From NCBI RefSeq assembly GCF_044324785.1, contig NZ_CP172127.1: 64,000 nt of DNA; one strand, given 5' to 3'. The position numbers and the translations under genes were made by a program. This document shows, piece by piece, positions 1 through 11,192 of this stretch. The stretch comes from Escherichia coli. Lineage in GTDB: Bacteria; Pseudomonadota; Gammaproteobacteria; Enterobacterales; Enterobacteriaceae. The notes below the pieces were generated by a model. It did not search any database. It was not told the origin of the DNA and saw only the letters and a program-made list of their open reading frames with translations. Each line of letters begins with the position of its first letter. Positions within the stretch are counted from its first letter, which is position 1.

Positions 1-1004
1 AATGCATCGCTGTTGTAACGACTGACACCGTGGGCGATATCGCGGCCTTCGAGGTTGCAAATGCGGATGACTTCACCACGCGAGAAGTTGCCAGTCACGC
101 TTTTAATGCCTTTCGGCAACAGGGAGCTGCCGCGTTCCAGAATGGCGGCAGTTGCCCCTTCATCTACCGTGATTTCACCCGCAGGCGGCGCACCGAAAAT
201 CCAACGTTTACGGTTTTCTAATGGCGTTGCCTGGGCATGGAACAGCGTACCGACGGAAATGCCTTCCATCACATCACCAATAACGCCCGGCTTGCTGCCC
301 GCGGCAATAATGGTGTCGATACCCGCACGGCAAGCCACGTCCGCGGCCTGCAATTTGGTACTCATGCCGCCAGTTCCAAGACCTGAAACGCTGTCGCCAG
401 CAATCGCGCGCAGTGCGTCATCAATGCCGTAAACATCTTTAATCAGTTCTGCCTGCGGATTGCTGCGCGGGTCAGCGGTATACAAACCTTTTTGATCGGT
501 CAGCAGCAACAGTTTATCGGCACCCGCCAGAATCGCCGCCAGCGCAGAAAGGTTATCGTTATCGCCGACCTTAATCTCTGCAGTCGCGACAGCATCGTTC
601 TCATTGATTACCGGAACGATATTGTTATCGAGCAACGCACGCAGGGTGTCGCGGGCGTTCAGGAAGCGTTCACGGTCTTCCATATCAGCACGGGTCAGCA
701 GCATTTGCCCGACGTGAATGCCATAAATAGAAAACAGCTGTTCCCACAGTTGAATCAGTCGACTCTGCCCTACCGCCGCCAGCAGTTGTTTCGAGGCGAT
801 AGTCGCTGGCAGTTCCGGGTAACCCAGGTGCTCACGTCCGGCGGCGATCGCGCCCGACGTCACAATAACAATCCGATGCCCGGCGGCATGTAACTGCGCG
901 CACTGGCGAACAAGTTCAACGATATGGGCACGGTTCAGACGGCGCGATCCGCCTGTTAGCACACTGGTGCCGAGTTTTACCACCAGCGTCTGGCTGTCAC
1001 TCAT
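1..1004 (-). CDS. proB: Glutamate 5-kinase ProB, partial (5' part in window; 3' end lies before coordinate 1)
   Basis: Reverse-complement translation from the ATG at 1004..1002 reads [15 protein letters not shown]..., the ProB N-terminus; the frame stays open to the window edge. Not in the ORF track because there is no stop in the window. Confidence 0.85.
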
Positions 1005-1192
1005 GATTCTCTGCCATTCAATTTTAGGAAAAATGATATCAAACGAACGTTTTAGCAGGACTGTCGTCGGTTGCCAACCATCTGCGAGCAAAGCATGGTG
1101 TTTTGTTGCGCGGGATCAGCAAGCGTAGCGGCAGTTGTTTACGCTTTTATTACAGATTTAATAAATTACCACATTTTAAGAATATTATTAAT

Positions 1193-1211
1193 CTGTAATA
1201 TATCTTTAACA
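1193..1211 (+). promoter_or_regulatory. Pho box (PhoB binding site) in the phoE promoter
   Basis: Sequence ctgtaatatatctttaaca about 80 bp upstream of the phoE start; matches the CTGTAAT-type Pho box described for phoE. Confidence 0.6.
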
Positions 1212-1291
1212 ATCTCAGGTTAAAAACTTTCCTGTTTTCAACGGGACTCTCCCGCTGAATATTCGCGCGTTAATTAAAATCAGGAATGAAA

Positions 1292-2347
1292 ATGAAAAAG
1301 AGCACTCTGGCATTAGTGGTGATGGGCATTGTGGCATCTGCATCCGTACAGGCCGCAGAAATATATAACAAAGACGGTAATAAACTGGATGTCTATGGCA
1401 AAGTTAAAGCCATGCATTATATGAGTGATAACGACAGTAAAGATGGCGACCAGAGTTATATCCGTTTTGGTTTTAAAGGCGAAACACAAATTAACGATCA
1501 ACTGACGGGTTATGGTCGTTGGGAAGCAGAGTTTGCCGGTAATAAAGCGGAGAGTGATACTGCACAGCAAAAAACACGTCTCGCTTTTGCCGGGTTGAAA
1601 TATAAAGATTTGGGTTCTTTCGATTATGGTCGTAACCTGGGCGCGCTGTATGACGTGGAAGCCTGGACCGATATGTTCCCGGAATTTGGTGGCGACTCCT
1701 CCGCACAGACCGACAACTTTATGACCAAACGTGCCAGCGGTCTGGCGACGTATAGGAACACCGACTTCTTCGGCGTTATCGATGGTCTGAACTTAACCCT
1801 GCAATATCAAGGGAAAAACGAAAACCGCGATGTTAAAAAGCAAAACGGCGATGGCTTCGGCACATCATTGACATATGACTTTGGTGGCAGCGATTTCGCC
1901 ATCAGTGGAGCCTATACCAACTCCGATCGCACTAACGAGCAGAACCTGCAAAGCCGTGGCACAGGCAAGCGTGCAGAAGCATGGGCAACAGGTCTGAAAT
2001 ACGATGCCAATAATATTTATCTGGCAACTTTCTATTCTGAAACACGCAAAATGACGCCAATAACTGGCGGCTTTGCCAATAAGACACAGAACTTTGAAGC
2101 GGTCGCCCAATACCAGTTTGACTTTGGTCTGCGTCCGTCGCTGGGTTATGTCTTATCGAAAGGGAAAGATATTGAGGGCATCGGTGATGAAGATCTGGTC
2201 AATTATATCGATGTTGGTGCTACGTATTATTTCAACAAAAATATGTCGGCATTTGTTGATTATAAAATAAACCAACTGGATAGCGATAATAAGCTGAACA
2301 TCAATAATGATGATATTGTCGCGGTTGGCATGACCTATCAGTTTTAA
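1292..2347 (+). CDS. phoE: Outer membrane phosphoporin PhoE
   Basis: ORF 1286..2347; translation [37 protein letters not shown]... ending ...VAVGMTYQF, a porin with signal peptide. Start taken at the second ATG (1292). Confidence 0.93.
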   Translation: MKKSTLALVVMGIVASASVQAAEIYNKDGNKLDVYGKVKAMHYMSDNDSKDGDQSYIRFGFKGETQINDQLTGYGRWEAEFAGNKAESDTAQQKTRLAFAGLKYKDLGSFDYGRNLGALYDVEAWTDMFPEFGGDSSAQTDNFMTKRASGLATYRNTDFFGVIDGLNLTLQYQGKNENRDVKKQNGDGFGTSLTYDFGGSDFAISGAYTNSDRTNEQNLQSRGTGKRAEAWATGLKYDANNIYLATFYSETRKMTPITGGFANKTQNFEAVAQYQFDFGLRPSLGYVLSKGKDIEGIGDEDLVNYIDVGATYYFNKNMSAFVDYKINQLDSDNKLNINNDDIVAVGMTYQF

Positions 2348-2385
2348 TGGATATTGCCGGATGTGATGCATCCGGCACATTTCAC

Positions 2386-2844
<459 letters not shown>

Positions 2845-4089
2845 TTAACACAATCGTTTTTCAATCCAGTCTGTGATTTCCTGAAGGCCTTTGTCAAAAT
2901 TCCGATACACCGGGTTAAATGGGATCTCTAATAATTTACCGTCAGCAGATGATGAGGTGATTAAGCGTGAGTCCTCTTCCGGGCTGAACGGATCGTTCTT
3001 CCAGTAGCCTGATAACATTGGCGTTGGGCAACGACGTCCCAGCAATCCTTGCACTTTTAATGAATAGCGATTCAACTCCACGCGTAACGCTTCGTCGGAA
3101 GCATCATGCATACCCAAACGACTCGCCAGAACGTCAAGATACATTTCCGGCACCTGTTGCTGGCACTTAAAATCACTCAACAGGGTATGAACTACCGGAC
3201 CAAGACAGGCAACCGCTTTCAGACGCGGCGATTCAAGGTATGCCAGACGTACGGCAACGTTAGCGCCGAAACGGAAACCAAAGGCCGCGACGCGAGTGTG
3301 ATCTACCCACGGTACGTTAGGCAGCGCCTTTAAGACGTGCTGATGCAACAGGCTGGAGTCCTGGGTGAGCTTCCATTTTGAAGAAAAGCCCACCGACGGC
3401 ATATCAATAGTCAGCATCGCAATGCCGCGCGGCGCAAAATAACGTTCATACAGGCTGTAATAGTCCGTCTGCATCGCATCCAGACCACCACACATTAATA
3501 CTGTCGGGAACGGGCCATCGCCTTTCGGCATATGCAAAAAGCCGGTGATGGGCGCACCGCCGGGTACGGTAAACTCCATCTGCCGCATGGTGCCCGGCAG
3601 ACGCTGAGCGGCCTCTTCATAGGCACGGTTTGACAAAGCCTGCGCTTGCTCGGCCAGATCATCTCCTTTCAGATGAGGATAGGCGGCAATGTTGTACAAC
3701 GTAGCCGCATGCAGCCAGTGACGACCACTGAGTTGCGGATCTTCTTCCGCACAGGCTTTTTGTTGCCACACCATCGCCTGGGTAGCCCACTCATAAATCC
3801 AGTTGCCGCCGCGGTAGCCAATCACCGTATCGTATAAATCATCGTCGGTACGTTCGGCATCGCTCATCACAATACGCGCCTGGACGTCGAGGATTTCACG
3901 TGGGTCAATGCCGCGCCAGATCCACATCAGACGGTTAATCATGCGATACCAGTGAGGGATGGTTTTACCATCAAGGGCCGACTGCACAGGCGGTTGTGCG
4001 CCGTGATTAAAGCGGCGAACTAGCGTCGAGGTTTCAGGATGTTTAAAGCGGGGTTTGAACAGGGTTTCGCTCAGGTTTGCCTGTGTCAT
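2845..4089 (-). CDS. frsA: Esterase FrsA (alpha/beta hydrolase)
   Basis: 414-aa [33 protein letters not shown]..., matching FrsA. Confidence 0.92.
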
Positions 4090-4180
4090 GGATGCAGCCT
4101 CCAGAATACTTACTGGAAACTATTGTAACCTGCCTGAAGTTAAAAAGAACAACGCCCGGCAGTGCCAGGCGTTGAAAAGA

Positions 4181-4639
4181 TTAGCGACCGGAGATTGGCG
4201 GGACGAATACGACGCCCATATCCCACGGCTGTTCGATCCAGGTATCTTGCGGGATATCAACAACATAATCATCAACCAGCGGGCGACCGGCCGGTTTTGC
4301 GAAGATGGTGACAAAGTGCGCTTTTGGATACATTTCACGAATCGCAACCGCAGTACCACCGGTATCCACCAGGTCATCAATAACGATGAAGCCTTCGCCA
4401 TCGCCTTCTGCGCGTTTCAGCACTTTAAGCTCGCGCTGGTTGTCGTGATCATAGCTGGAAATACAAACGGTATCGACATGACGAATACCCAGTTCACGCG
4501 CCAGTAACGCACCCGGTACCAGACCGCCACGGCTTACGGCAATAATGCCTTTCCATTGTTCAGAAGGCATCAGTCGGCTTGCGAGTTTACGTGCATGGAT
4601 CTGCAACATGTCCCAGGTGACGATGTATTTTTCGCTCAT
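4181..4639 (-). CDS. gpt: Xanthine-guanine phosphoribosyltransferase
   Basis: 152-aa [42 protein letters not shown]... with PRTase motif [11 protein letters not shown]. Confidence 0.94.
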
Positions 4640-4899
4640 GTGAAGTGTCCCAGCCTGTTTATCTACGGCTTAAAAAGTGTTCGAGGGGAAAATAGGTTGC
4701 GCGAGATTATAGAGATCTGGCGCACTAAAAACCAGTATTTCACATGAGTCCGCGTCTTTTTACGCACTGCCTCTCCCTGACGCGGGATAAAGTGGTATTC
4801 TCAAACATATCTCGCAAGCCTGTCTTGTGTTGACAACATTTTCTGCTAACCCTGTGACCTGCAATACTGTTTTGCGGGTGATCGACAAGGAGACTTAAC

Positions 4900-6357
4900 G
4901 TGTCTGAACTGTCTCAATTATCTCCACAGCCGCTGTGGGATATTTTTGCCAAAATCTGTTCTATTCCTCACCCGTCCTATCATGAAGAGCAACTCGCTGA
5001 ATACATTGTTGGTTGGGCAAAAGAGAAAGGTTTCCATGTCGAACGCGATCAGGTAGGTAATATCCTGATTCGTAAACCTGCTACCGCAGGTATGGAAAAT
5101 CGTAAACCGGTCGTCTTACAGGCCCACCTCGATATGGTGCCGCAGAAAAATAACGACACCGTGCATGACTTCACGAAAGATCCTATCCAGCCTTATATTG
5201 ATGGTGAATGGGTTAAAGCGCGCGGCACCACGCTGGGTGCGGATAACGGCATTGGTATGGCCTCTGCACTGGCGGTTCTGGCTGACGAAAACGTGGTTCA
5301 CGGCCCGCTGGAAGTGCTGCTGACCATGACCGAAGAAGCCGGTATGGACGGTGCGTTCGGCTTACAGAGCAACTGGTTGCAGGCTGATATTCTGATTAAC
5401 ACCGACTCCGAAGAAGAAGGTGAAATCTACATGGGTTGCGCGGGGGGTATCGACTTCACCTCCAACCTGCATTTAGATCGTGAAGCAGTTCCAGCTGGTT
5501 TTGAAACCTTCAAGTTAACCTTAAAAGGTCTGAAAGGCGGTCACTCCGGCGGTGAAATCCACGTTGGCCTGGGTAATGCCAACAAACTGCTGGTGCGCTT
5601 CCTGGCGGGTCATGCGGAAGAGCTGGACCTGCGCCTTATCGATTTCAACGGTGGCACACTGCGTAACGCCATCCCGCGTGAAGCCTTTGCGACGATTGCT
5701 GTCGCAGCTGATAAAGTCGACGCACTGAAATCTCTGGTGAATACCTATCAGGAGATCCTGAAAAACGAGCTGGCAGAGAAAGAGAAAAATCTGGCCTTGT
5801 TGCTGGACTCTGTTGCGAACGATAAAGCGGCCCTGATTGCGAAATCTCGCGATACCTTTATTCGTCTGCTGAACGCCACCCCGAACGGTGTGATCCGCAA
5901 CTCCGACGTGGCAAAAGGTGTGGTCGAAACCTCCCTGAACGTCGGTGTGGTGACCATGACTGACAATAACGTAGAAATTCACTGCCTGATCCGTTCTTTG
6001 ATCGACAGCGGTAAAGACTACGTGGTGAGCATGCTGGATTCGCTGGGTAATCTGGCTGGCGCGAAAACCGAAGCGAAAGGCGCATATCCTGGCTGGCAGC
6101 CGGACGCTAATTCTCCGGTGATGCATCTGGTACGTGAAACTTATCAGCGCCTGTTCAACAAGACGCCGAACATCCAGATTATCCACGCGGGCCTGGAATG
6201 TGGTCTGTTCAAAAAACCGTATCCGGAAATGGACATGGTTTCTATCGGGCCAACAATCACCGGTCCACACTCTCCGGATGAGCAAGTTCACATCGAAAGC
6301 GTTGGCCATTACTGGACACTGCTGACTGAACTGCTGAAAGAAATTCCGGCGAAGTAA
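4900..6357 (+). CDS. pepD: Cytosol non-specific dipeptidase PepD (M20 family)
   Basis: 485-aa ORF with GTG start, MSELSQLSPQPLWDIFAKICSIPHPSYHEEQLAEYIVGWAKEKG..., matching PepD. Confidence 0.93.
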   Translation: MSELSQLSPQPLWDIFAKICSIPHPSYHEEQLAEYIVGWAKEKGFHVERDQVGNILIRKPATAGMENRKPVVLQAHLDMVPQKNNDTVHDFTKDPIQPYIDGEWVKARGTTLGADNGIGMASALAVLADENVVHGPLEVLLTMTEEAGMDGAFGLQSNWLQADILINTDSEEEGEIYMGCAGGIDFTSNLHLDREAVPAGFETFKLTLKGLKGGHSGGEIHVGLGNANKLLVRFLAGHAEELDLRLIDFNGGTLRNAIPREAFATIAVAADKVDALKSLVNTYQEILKNELAEKEKNLALLLDSVANDKAALIAKSRDTFIRLLNATPNGVIRNSDVAKGVVETSLNVGVVTMTDNNVEIHCLIRSLIDSGKDYVVSMLDSLGNLAGAKTEAKGAYPGWQPDANSPVMHLVRETYQRLFNKTPNIQIIHAGLECGLFKKPYPEMDMVSIGPTITGPHSPDEQVHIESVGHYWTLLTELLKEIPAK

Positions 6358-6413
6358 TTATTTGATTTGCTGCCGGATGGCGTTTAATCGTCTTCCGGCA
6401 GTTTCATCCTTCA

Positions 6414-7028
6414 TTATCCTTCGATAAAAGCCATCCCGGTAAATATCCGTCGCGGGTTGCCACGTTCAATTTGATGATGGAACATTCGCCGCTGCGATTT
6501 CAGCGCCGCGCTATTTTCCTGTTGCTGTTGCTCCAGCTTCCAGGCAATCAGCAATCGCGCCAGCCGTTTGTTGGCATGTTGGCTGCGCTCTGACTGAACC
6601 TTCACGCTAATCCCGGATGCCAGATGCGTGGCGCGCACCGCCGAGTCGGTTTTATTGACATGTTGACCGCCCGGCCCCGACGAACGCAGCGTCTCATAAC
6701 GGATTGCATCCGATTGTTCCTGCTCATCAGCAGTAAAACGCCCAATGCCCAGAAACCAGTTTTTGCGCCCATGATGAGGCCGATACGGACTCGGACAAAT
6801 CCACTGGATAGTGCCGCACCAACTTTCGCTTAATGCCCATGCGTTATCGCCATCCAGAGAAATCAGCGCTGAACGCAACGTGTCAGAGTAGCGGCCCGTT
6901 TCTGTTTCCAGCACCGTTATCGCGACGTCTTGTCGGGTAGCTTCTTTAATCAACCTGTCCAGCGCCTTTTTCACTGCGAGGCAACATTCTTCCGGCCCCT
7001 GAGCTGAGGAGAGTTGTAGCAAGATCAT
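6414..7028 (-). CDS. prfH: Peptide chain release factor homolog PrfH (RF-H), apparently full length
   Basis: ORF 6414..7112; the Met at 7028 gives about 204 aa, [26 protein letters not shown]..., with GGQ motif ([16 protein letters not shown]). The start overlaps the stop of the upstream RtcB-family gene (ATGA). Confidence 0.8.
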   Translation of the reverse strand: MILLQLSSAQGPEECCLAVKKALDRLIKEATRQDVAITVLETETGRYSDTLRSALISLDGDNAWALSESWCGTIQWICPSPYRPHHGRKNWFLGIGRFTADEQEQSDAIRYETLRSSGPGGQHVNKTDSAVRATHLASGISVKVQSERSQHANKRLARLLIAWKLEQQQQENSAALKSQRRMFHHQIERGNPRRIFTGMAFIEG

Positions 7029-8164
7029 CCTTTTTTCCCTCCACTGTTTTTGAGCGTTAGCACCGGACGCAGCCGCGCGACAGGAATAATTAAACCGGCC
7101 TGCACCAGACATTGCACCACGCTTTCAGCCGATTTATAGGCTTGTGGCGCTTCTTCAAAGATGAGTTGTTTATCGCGACAAATTACCCGACTGCCAAGTT
7201 CAGTACGCGAGAGTTGCGTCGCCGTGTATTTCGCTGCCAGACGCCCTTTACACTCGGTGCGCCCCCATTTACGCCCTGCCCCATGCGCCAGCGAGTGGAG
7301 TGTTTTTTCGTTCGCAACAGGTTTAACCAGCCAGGAGTAATCGCCGCGTGAACCGGGAATAATCACCAGACCGTTGTCATCCGGCGTGGCACCTTTACGA
7401 TGCAACCAGCCCTGTTGATCGCCGATTTGACAGGCGCTAACAAAGTTATGCGCCACATCCAGAACAGGACTTCCGGTGGCCTTAACTTGTTGCATTATGC
7501 GCAAAGCGATCATCTGGCGATTAATACGCGCAAACGCCAGCGCATCGTCATGTTCCGCAATATACCGTAGCGCGTCGTCACTGCCTTGAGGCAAACCATG
7601 ATGCGAAAACGAGGCAATATGCCGCTGTAAAATAGACTGCCCCACCCCCCTCGAGCCGCTATGAACCAGCAGTTGCAGATGTTGTGCATCCAGACCTGCC
7701 AGTGCAAACAGTTCAGCGTCGATGATTTGATCTACTTGTTGCAGTTCTGCGAAGTGGTTTCCGCCACCGATAGAGCCAAGCGAGCTGCGCCACGGATGCT
7801 GTGCAAATGCTGATGGCAGGTTTTCCTCCAGCCAGCTTTCTTCAGCAACGTCATCCAAAGCTGATAATCGCTTTTCAAACTTATCGGCGTTGTATTTGCG
7901 AGCGAGAATATCTGTTTGCCATAGCGCCATGCCGCAGCCGATATCATTGCCGACCAGTGCCGGGTAAAAGCGGCCTGCGGAGAAGAACGCTGCGCCAATC
8001 GGGTAGCCGCGTCCGGGATGTAAATCTGGCATCCCTACTACGCGCTGCATGTTGGGTAAATTTGCCGTGGTGTGTAATTGTTGGATCGCTAAACTCTCGA
8101 TCCACAGGTCATCAGATGCGATGGTAAATACCGCATCGGATAAGGGACGAATATATTTGCCCAT
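7025..8164 (-). CDS. rtcB: RtcB-family RNA ligase (RtcB2-type, partner of PrfH), intact
   Basis: 379-aa uninterrupted [34 protein letters not shown]... with RtcB-like metal/GTP-binding regions ([25 protein letters not shown]). The equivalent K-12 locus (ykfJ) is a fragment. Confidence 0.8.
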   Translation of the reverse strand: MGKYIRPLSDAVFTIASDDLWIESLAIQQLHTTANLPNMQRVVGMPDLHPGRGYPIGAAFFSAGRFYPALVGNDIGCGMALWQTDILARKYNADKFEKRLSALDDVAEESWLEENLPSAFAQHPWRSSLGSIGGGNHFAELQQVDQIIDAELFALAGLDAQHLQLLVHSGSRGVGQSILQRHIASFSHHGLPQGSDDALRYIAEHDDALAFARINRQMIALRIMQQVKATGSPVLDVAHNFVSACQIGDQQGWLHRKGATPDDNGLVIIPGSRGDYSWLVKPVANEKTLHSLAHGAGRKWGRTECKGRLAAKYTATQLSRTELGSRVICRDKQLIFEEAPQAYKSAESVVQCLVQAGLIIPVARLRPVLTLKNSGGKKG

Positions 8165-8174
8165 GTATCATTCC

Positions 8175-8320
8175 ATTTATACTCGTCATACTTCAAGTTG
8201 CATGTACTGCGACTGCGTTCGTTCACCCCAGTCACTTACTTTAGTAAGCTCCTGGGGATTCACTCGCTTGTCGCCTTCCTGCAACTCGAATTATTTAGAG
8301 TATATAAATATAAAAATCAG
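8175..8320. repeat. ERIC (enterobacterial repetitive intergenic consensus / IRU) element
   Basis: Core ccccagtcacttactttagtaagctcctggggattcac is the reverse complement of the ERIC core GTGAATCCCCAGGAGCTTAC..AAGTAAGTGACTGGGG; imperfect palindromic arms on both sides. Confidence 0.7.
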
Positions 8321-8481
8321 GAAATGGCAGACGAATCCAGGGCAAGAAAAAAAGAATTAATCCTGGAAAGGTCTGCAAAGAGTCATTGATAAAGGATTTG
8401 TCATGATTTACCTCCTTGCAGTTTGTGGAATAAGAAAACGCACACATACTAGGCGGGCGTTATTTTCATTGCAAGCTGGAT

Positions 8482-8934
8482 TTAATGTTGCGGTTTATAT
8501 CGCATATAAAAATTAGTAAACCACGCTCCCCGGCATTCAACGCACTGCTGCTTAACTGTCTGAAAACCATAACGTTCAAAAAAGGGCTTTGCGGTTATGC
8601 TGGCGTCCACCGTAAGTTCGGATTCAGACTTAATCAAAGGTTTTAACAAAGCGCTGGCAACCCCACGTCGGGTGTATTCCGGTTCAACAAATAACATATC
8701 GATATAATGTCCAACGCGGGTAATAAAACCAACCGGTTGTGCATTAATGACTGCAACCCGCACTTGTGATTTCGCGAGTTTATCTTTCCAGCGAGATTCG
8801 TCAATCTGCGTCCAGGCGGCAATTTGTTGTGGTGAATAATGCTGACTGGCTGTCATCGTAACCGCTCTAATGAAAATAGCGCATAGTTGCTGAAAATCGC
8901 CAGGCTGATAGTTTCTTATTTGTATGTTATTCAT
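8482..8934 (-). CDS. yafP: GNAT-family N-acetyltransferase YafP
   Basis: ORF 8482..8994; the internal Met at 8934 gives 150 aa, MNNIQIRNYQPGDFQQLCAIFIRAV..., matching YafP. Confidence 0.85.
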   Translation of the reverse strand: MNNIQIRNYQPGDFQQLCAIFIRAVTMTASQHYSPQQIAAWTQIDESRWKDKLAKSQVRVAVINAQPVGFITRVGHYIDMLFVEPEYTRRGVASALLKPLIKSESELTVDASITAKPFFERYGFQTVKQQCVECRGAWFTNFYMRYKPQH

Positions 8935-8965
8935 AATGTAAGTTTTGTTTTGAATACCCGCATCC

Positions 8966-9259
8966 TTATTCCTTAAAGTCATTGAAATCATCATCCGTCA
9001 TATCATTAAGATATTTTTCAGCGCGGCGTGTAATTTCCTCTAATCTTGCAGCACTTGGACGGAAGCGCGCCTTTATAGGCTTTTTCTCTTCTTGTTCAGC
9101 AAGCATGTCCATTAACGCTTCGAATGCGCTGGCACTTAAGAGATATCCTGCGGGGCGATTATTAGAAAGAACCGCAACTGGTTGATCAATAAAGTATTTA
9201 GCTGGGTTTTTACGTAACTCAGTGATATTGACCGATTTTTCAGCGAGAATTCGATGCAT
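8966..9259 (-). CDS. yafN: Antitoxin YafN (Phd/YefM family)
   Basis: 97-aa ORF MHRILAEKSVNITELRKNPAKYFIDQPVAVLSNNRPAGYLL...; lies directly downstream of dinB as in the dinB-yafN-yafO-yafP operon. Confidence 0.85.
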   Translation of the reverse strand: MHRILAEKSVNITELRKNPAKYFIDQPVAVLSNNRPAGYLLSASAFEALMDMLAEQEEKKPIKARFRPSAARLEEITRRAEKYLNDMTDDDFNDFKE

Positions 9260-9310
9260 ATAGTGATCCCCTCATAATAATGCACACCAGAATATACATA
9301 ATAGTCTACA

Positions 9311-10366
9311 TCATAATCCCAGCACCAGTTGTCTTTCCATTTGAGGGTCAAGCAACGTCACATGCAGCCCCACCAGACGCACACCGCGCCCGCCACGGCG
9401 TTCATCCCAGGTTTTACGCGCGGTGGCGATTAAGTCAGCTTTATTCAGCCGCGGCCAGACATGCTCCTGAGTGGTTTGCTGAAAATCGTCGAACTTTAAT
9501 TTCACTCCCTGACGGGCGATCAGTAAATCAGGTTTCACCTTTGCCAAGCGGCGTTCAAGTTCCGGGTACAGCCGCTCGATAATCGCTTCACATTCAGACC
9601 AGTGATGAATATCTTCCGCCATCGTGCGTTCCACGCCGACGGATTTTCGCAACCGTTCGCTGTTAACGTCGCGCTCGTCAATCCCCTGACTACGCTCCCA
9701 CAAAATGCGGCCAAATTTGCCAAAACGTTTGAGCAGAGTCACCAGATCACACTTTTGCACATCACCGCAGGTCCGCAGCCCCATCGCTTCCAGTTTTGCC
9801 GCCGAGACTTTGCCGACGCCGGGAATTTTTGCCAGCGGTAAGGTTTGCAGAAATGCCGGAACTTCTGCCGGAGTAATCACAAACTGACCGTTGGGTTTAT
9901 TCATGTCGGAAGCAATTTTGGCGAGAAACTTTACCGGCGCAACGCCCGCAGATGCCGTCAGTTGCAGCTCGTTGAAGATCGTCTGACGGATTTCCTGGGC
10001 GATGAGGGTCGCGGAGCCGTGGCAATGCACACTATCGGTGACATCGAGATAGGCTTCATCCAGTGATAACGGTTCAATGCGCGAGGTATAGCGCGAGAAA
10101 ATTTCGCGGATATGATTTGAGGCTTCTTTGTAGGCGTCAAAGCGCCCTGGAAGCAGCGTGAGATGTGGGCATAATTTGAGCGCCATCCCTGTCGGCATAG
10201 CGCTACGTACGCCAAATTTACGCGCGGGATAATTGGCGGTGCTGATCACCCCCCGACGTTCGCGGCTGCCGCCAATAGCAATAGGGATATCGCGCAGGGC
10301 AGGATTGTCGCGCATCTCCACCGCTGCGAAAAAGCAGTCCATATCCACATGAATGATTTTACGCAT
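9311..10366 (-). CDS. dinB: DNA polymerase IV (translesion polymerase DinB)
   Basis: 351-aa [49 protein letters not shown]..., Y-family polymerase. Confidence 0.95.
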   Translation of the reverse strand: MRKIIHVDMDCFFAAVEMRDNPALRDIPIAIGGSRERRGVISTANYPARKFGVRSAMPTGMALKLCPHLTLLPGRFDAYKEASNHIREIFSRYTSRIEPLSLDEAYLDVTDSVHCHGSATLIAQEIRQTIFNELQLTASAGVAPVKFLAKIASDMNKPNGQFVITPAEVPAFLQTLPLAKIPGVGKVSAAKLEAMGLRTCGDVQKCDLVTLLKRFGKFGRILWERSQGIDERDVNSERLRKSVGVERTMAEDIHHWSECEAIIERLYPELERRLAKVKPDLLIARQGVKLKFDDFQQTTQEHVWPRLNKADLIATARKTWDERRGGRGVRLVGLHVTLLDPQMERQLVLGL

Positions 10367-10380
10367 TGCTCACCTCTCAA

Positions 10381-10400
10381 CACTGGTAAAGTATACAGTG
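10381..10400 (-). promoter_or_regulatory. LexA (SOS) box of the dinB promoter
   Basis: cactggtaaagtatacagtg, a CTG-N10-CAG palindrome 15-35 bp upstream of the dinB start codon; the same sequence read on the minus strand is CACTGTATACTTTACCAGTG. Confidence 0.8.
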
Positions 10401-10436
10401 ATTTCAGAGTTTGAGAAATGCGTAAAGATTCAGCAT

Positions 10437-11192
10437 TTAACGCGTTCGCTGCGAAAGCACCTGCTGCTTATCCAGCTTTTGCACCAGCGGTTGCACCACT
10501 TTATCCCCATGCTGACCAAAGTATTGATATAGCGTATCGGACGCACTTTTGGTCAGCACCATAATCTCAATGCGCCGATTGCCCGCGCTTTGCGGATTTT
10601 TGGCATCCAGCAGCATCTGGTCCGCCATTGCGCTTACCTGCATCACTTTATCTTCCGGCATTCCGGCCTCTTCCAGCACCCGACGGGCCGAAAGCGCGCG
10701 ATCGCCCGAAAGGTTCCAGTTGTTATAGATATTGTTTTTGTAGGCCATCGCATCGGTATGCCCGGTAATAATAATTTTGTTATCGAGCGAGTCGAACACT
10801 GGCGCGAGCTCCACCAGCAAAGTTTTAAAGAACGGCATAATCTGCGCGCTGCCGCGTTCGAACATATTGCGATTCTGGTCGTCTTTAATCAGCACGCGTA
10901 ATCCCTGCGGGACAATCTCCATCTCCAGATTCGCTTCCATATGCGCATCACGGGCAATGGTGTTGATACTGGTTGCCAACTCGCCAAGCTCGGTGGCGGA
11001 TTTCTTCTTCAGCAGCGCCGTTTTCTCATTCACATCACGCGCTTTTTTCTCCGTCTCTTCCGGCACCGCCACGGTGGCAGGTTTTGGCGGATGAGACGGG
11101 CTGATTTTATTTAACGGCGATAGCCCACCACCGTTAAAAATCGACTGCCCGTGCAGCGCGGCGATAATGCTTTCACGCTCGGATTTACTGAC
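10437..11192 (-). pseudogene. lafU: lafU remnant: 5'-truncated MotB-like lateral-flagellar (Flag-2) motor gene
   Basis: The C-terminal two-thirds of ORF 10437..11327 matches the MotB/OmpA-like domain (IITGHTDAMAY...NWNLSGDRALSARRVLEEAGMP...NRRIEIMVL). The N-terminal TM region is absent; the upstream part of the ORF is antisense read-through into lfhA. Confidence 0.7.

Noticed and set aside
5521-6309. 262-aa minus-strand ORF
   Set aside because: Antisense inside pepD, which has a clear M20-dipeptidase translation on the plus strand.
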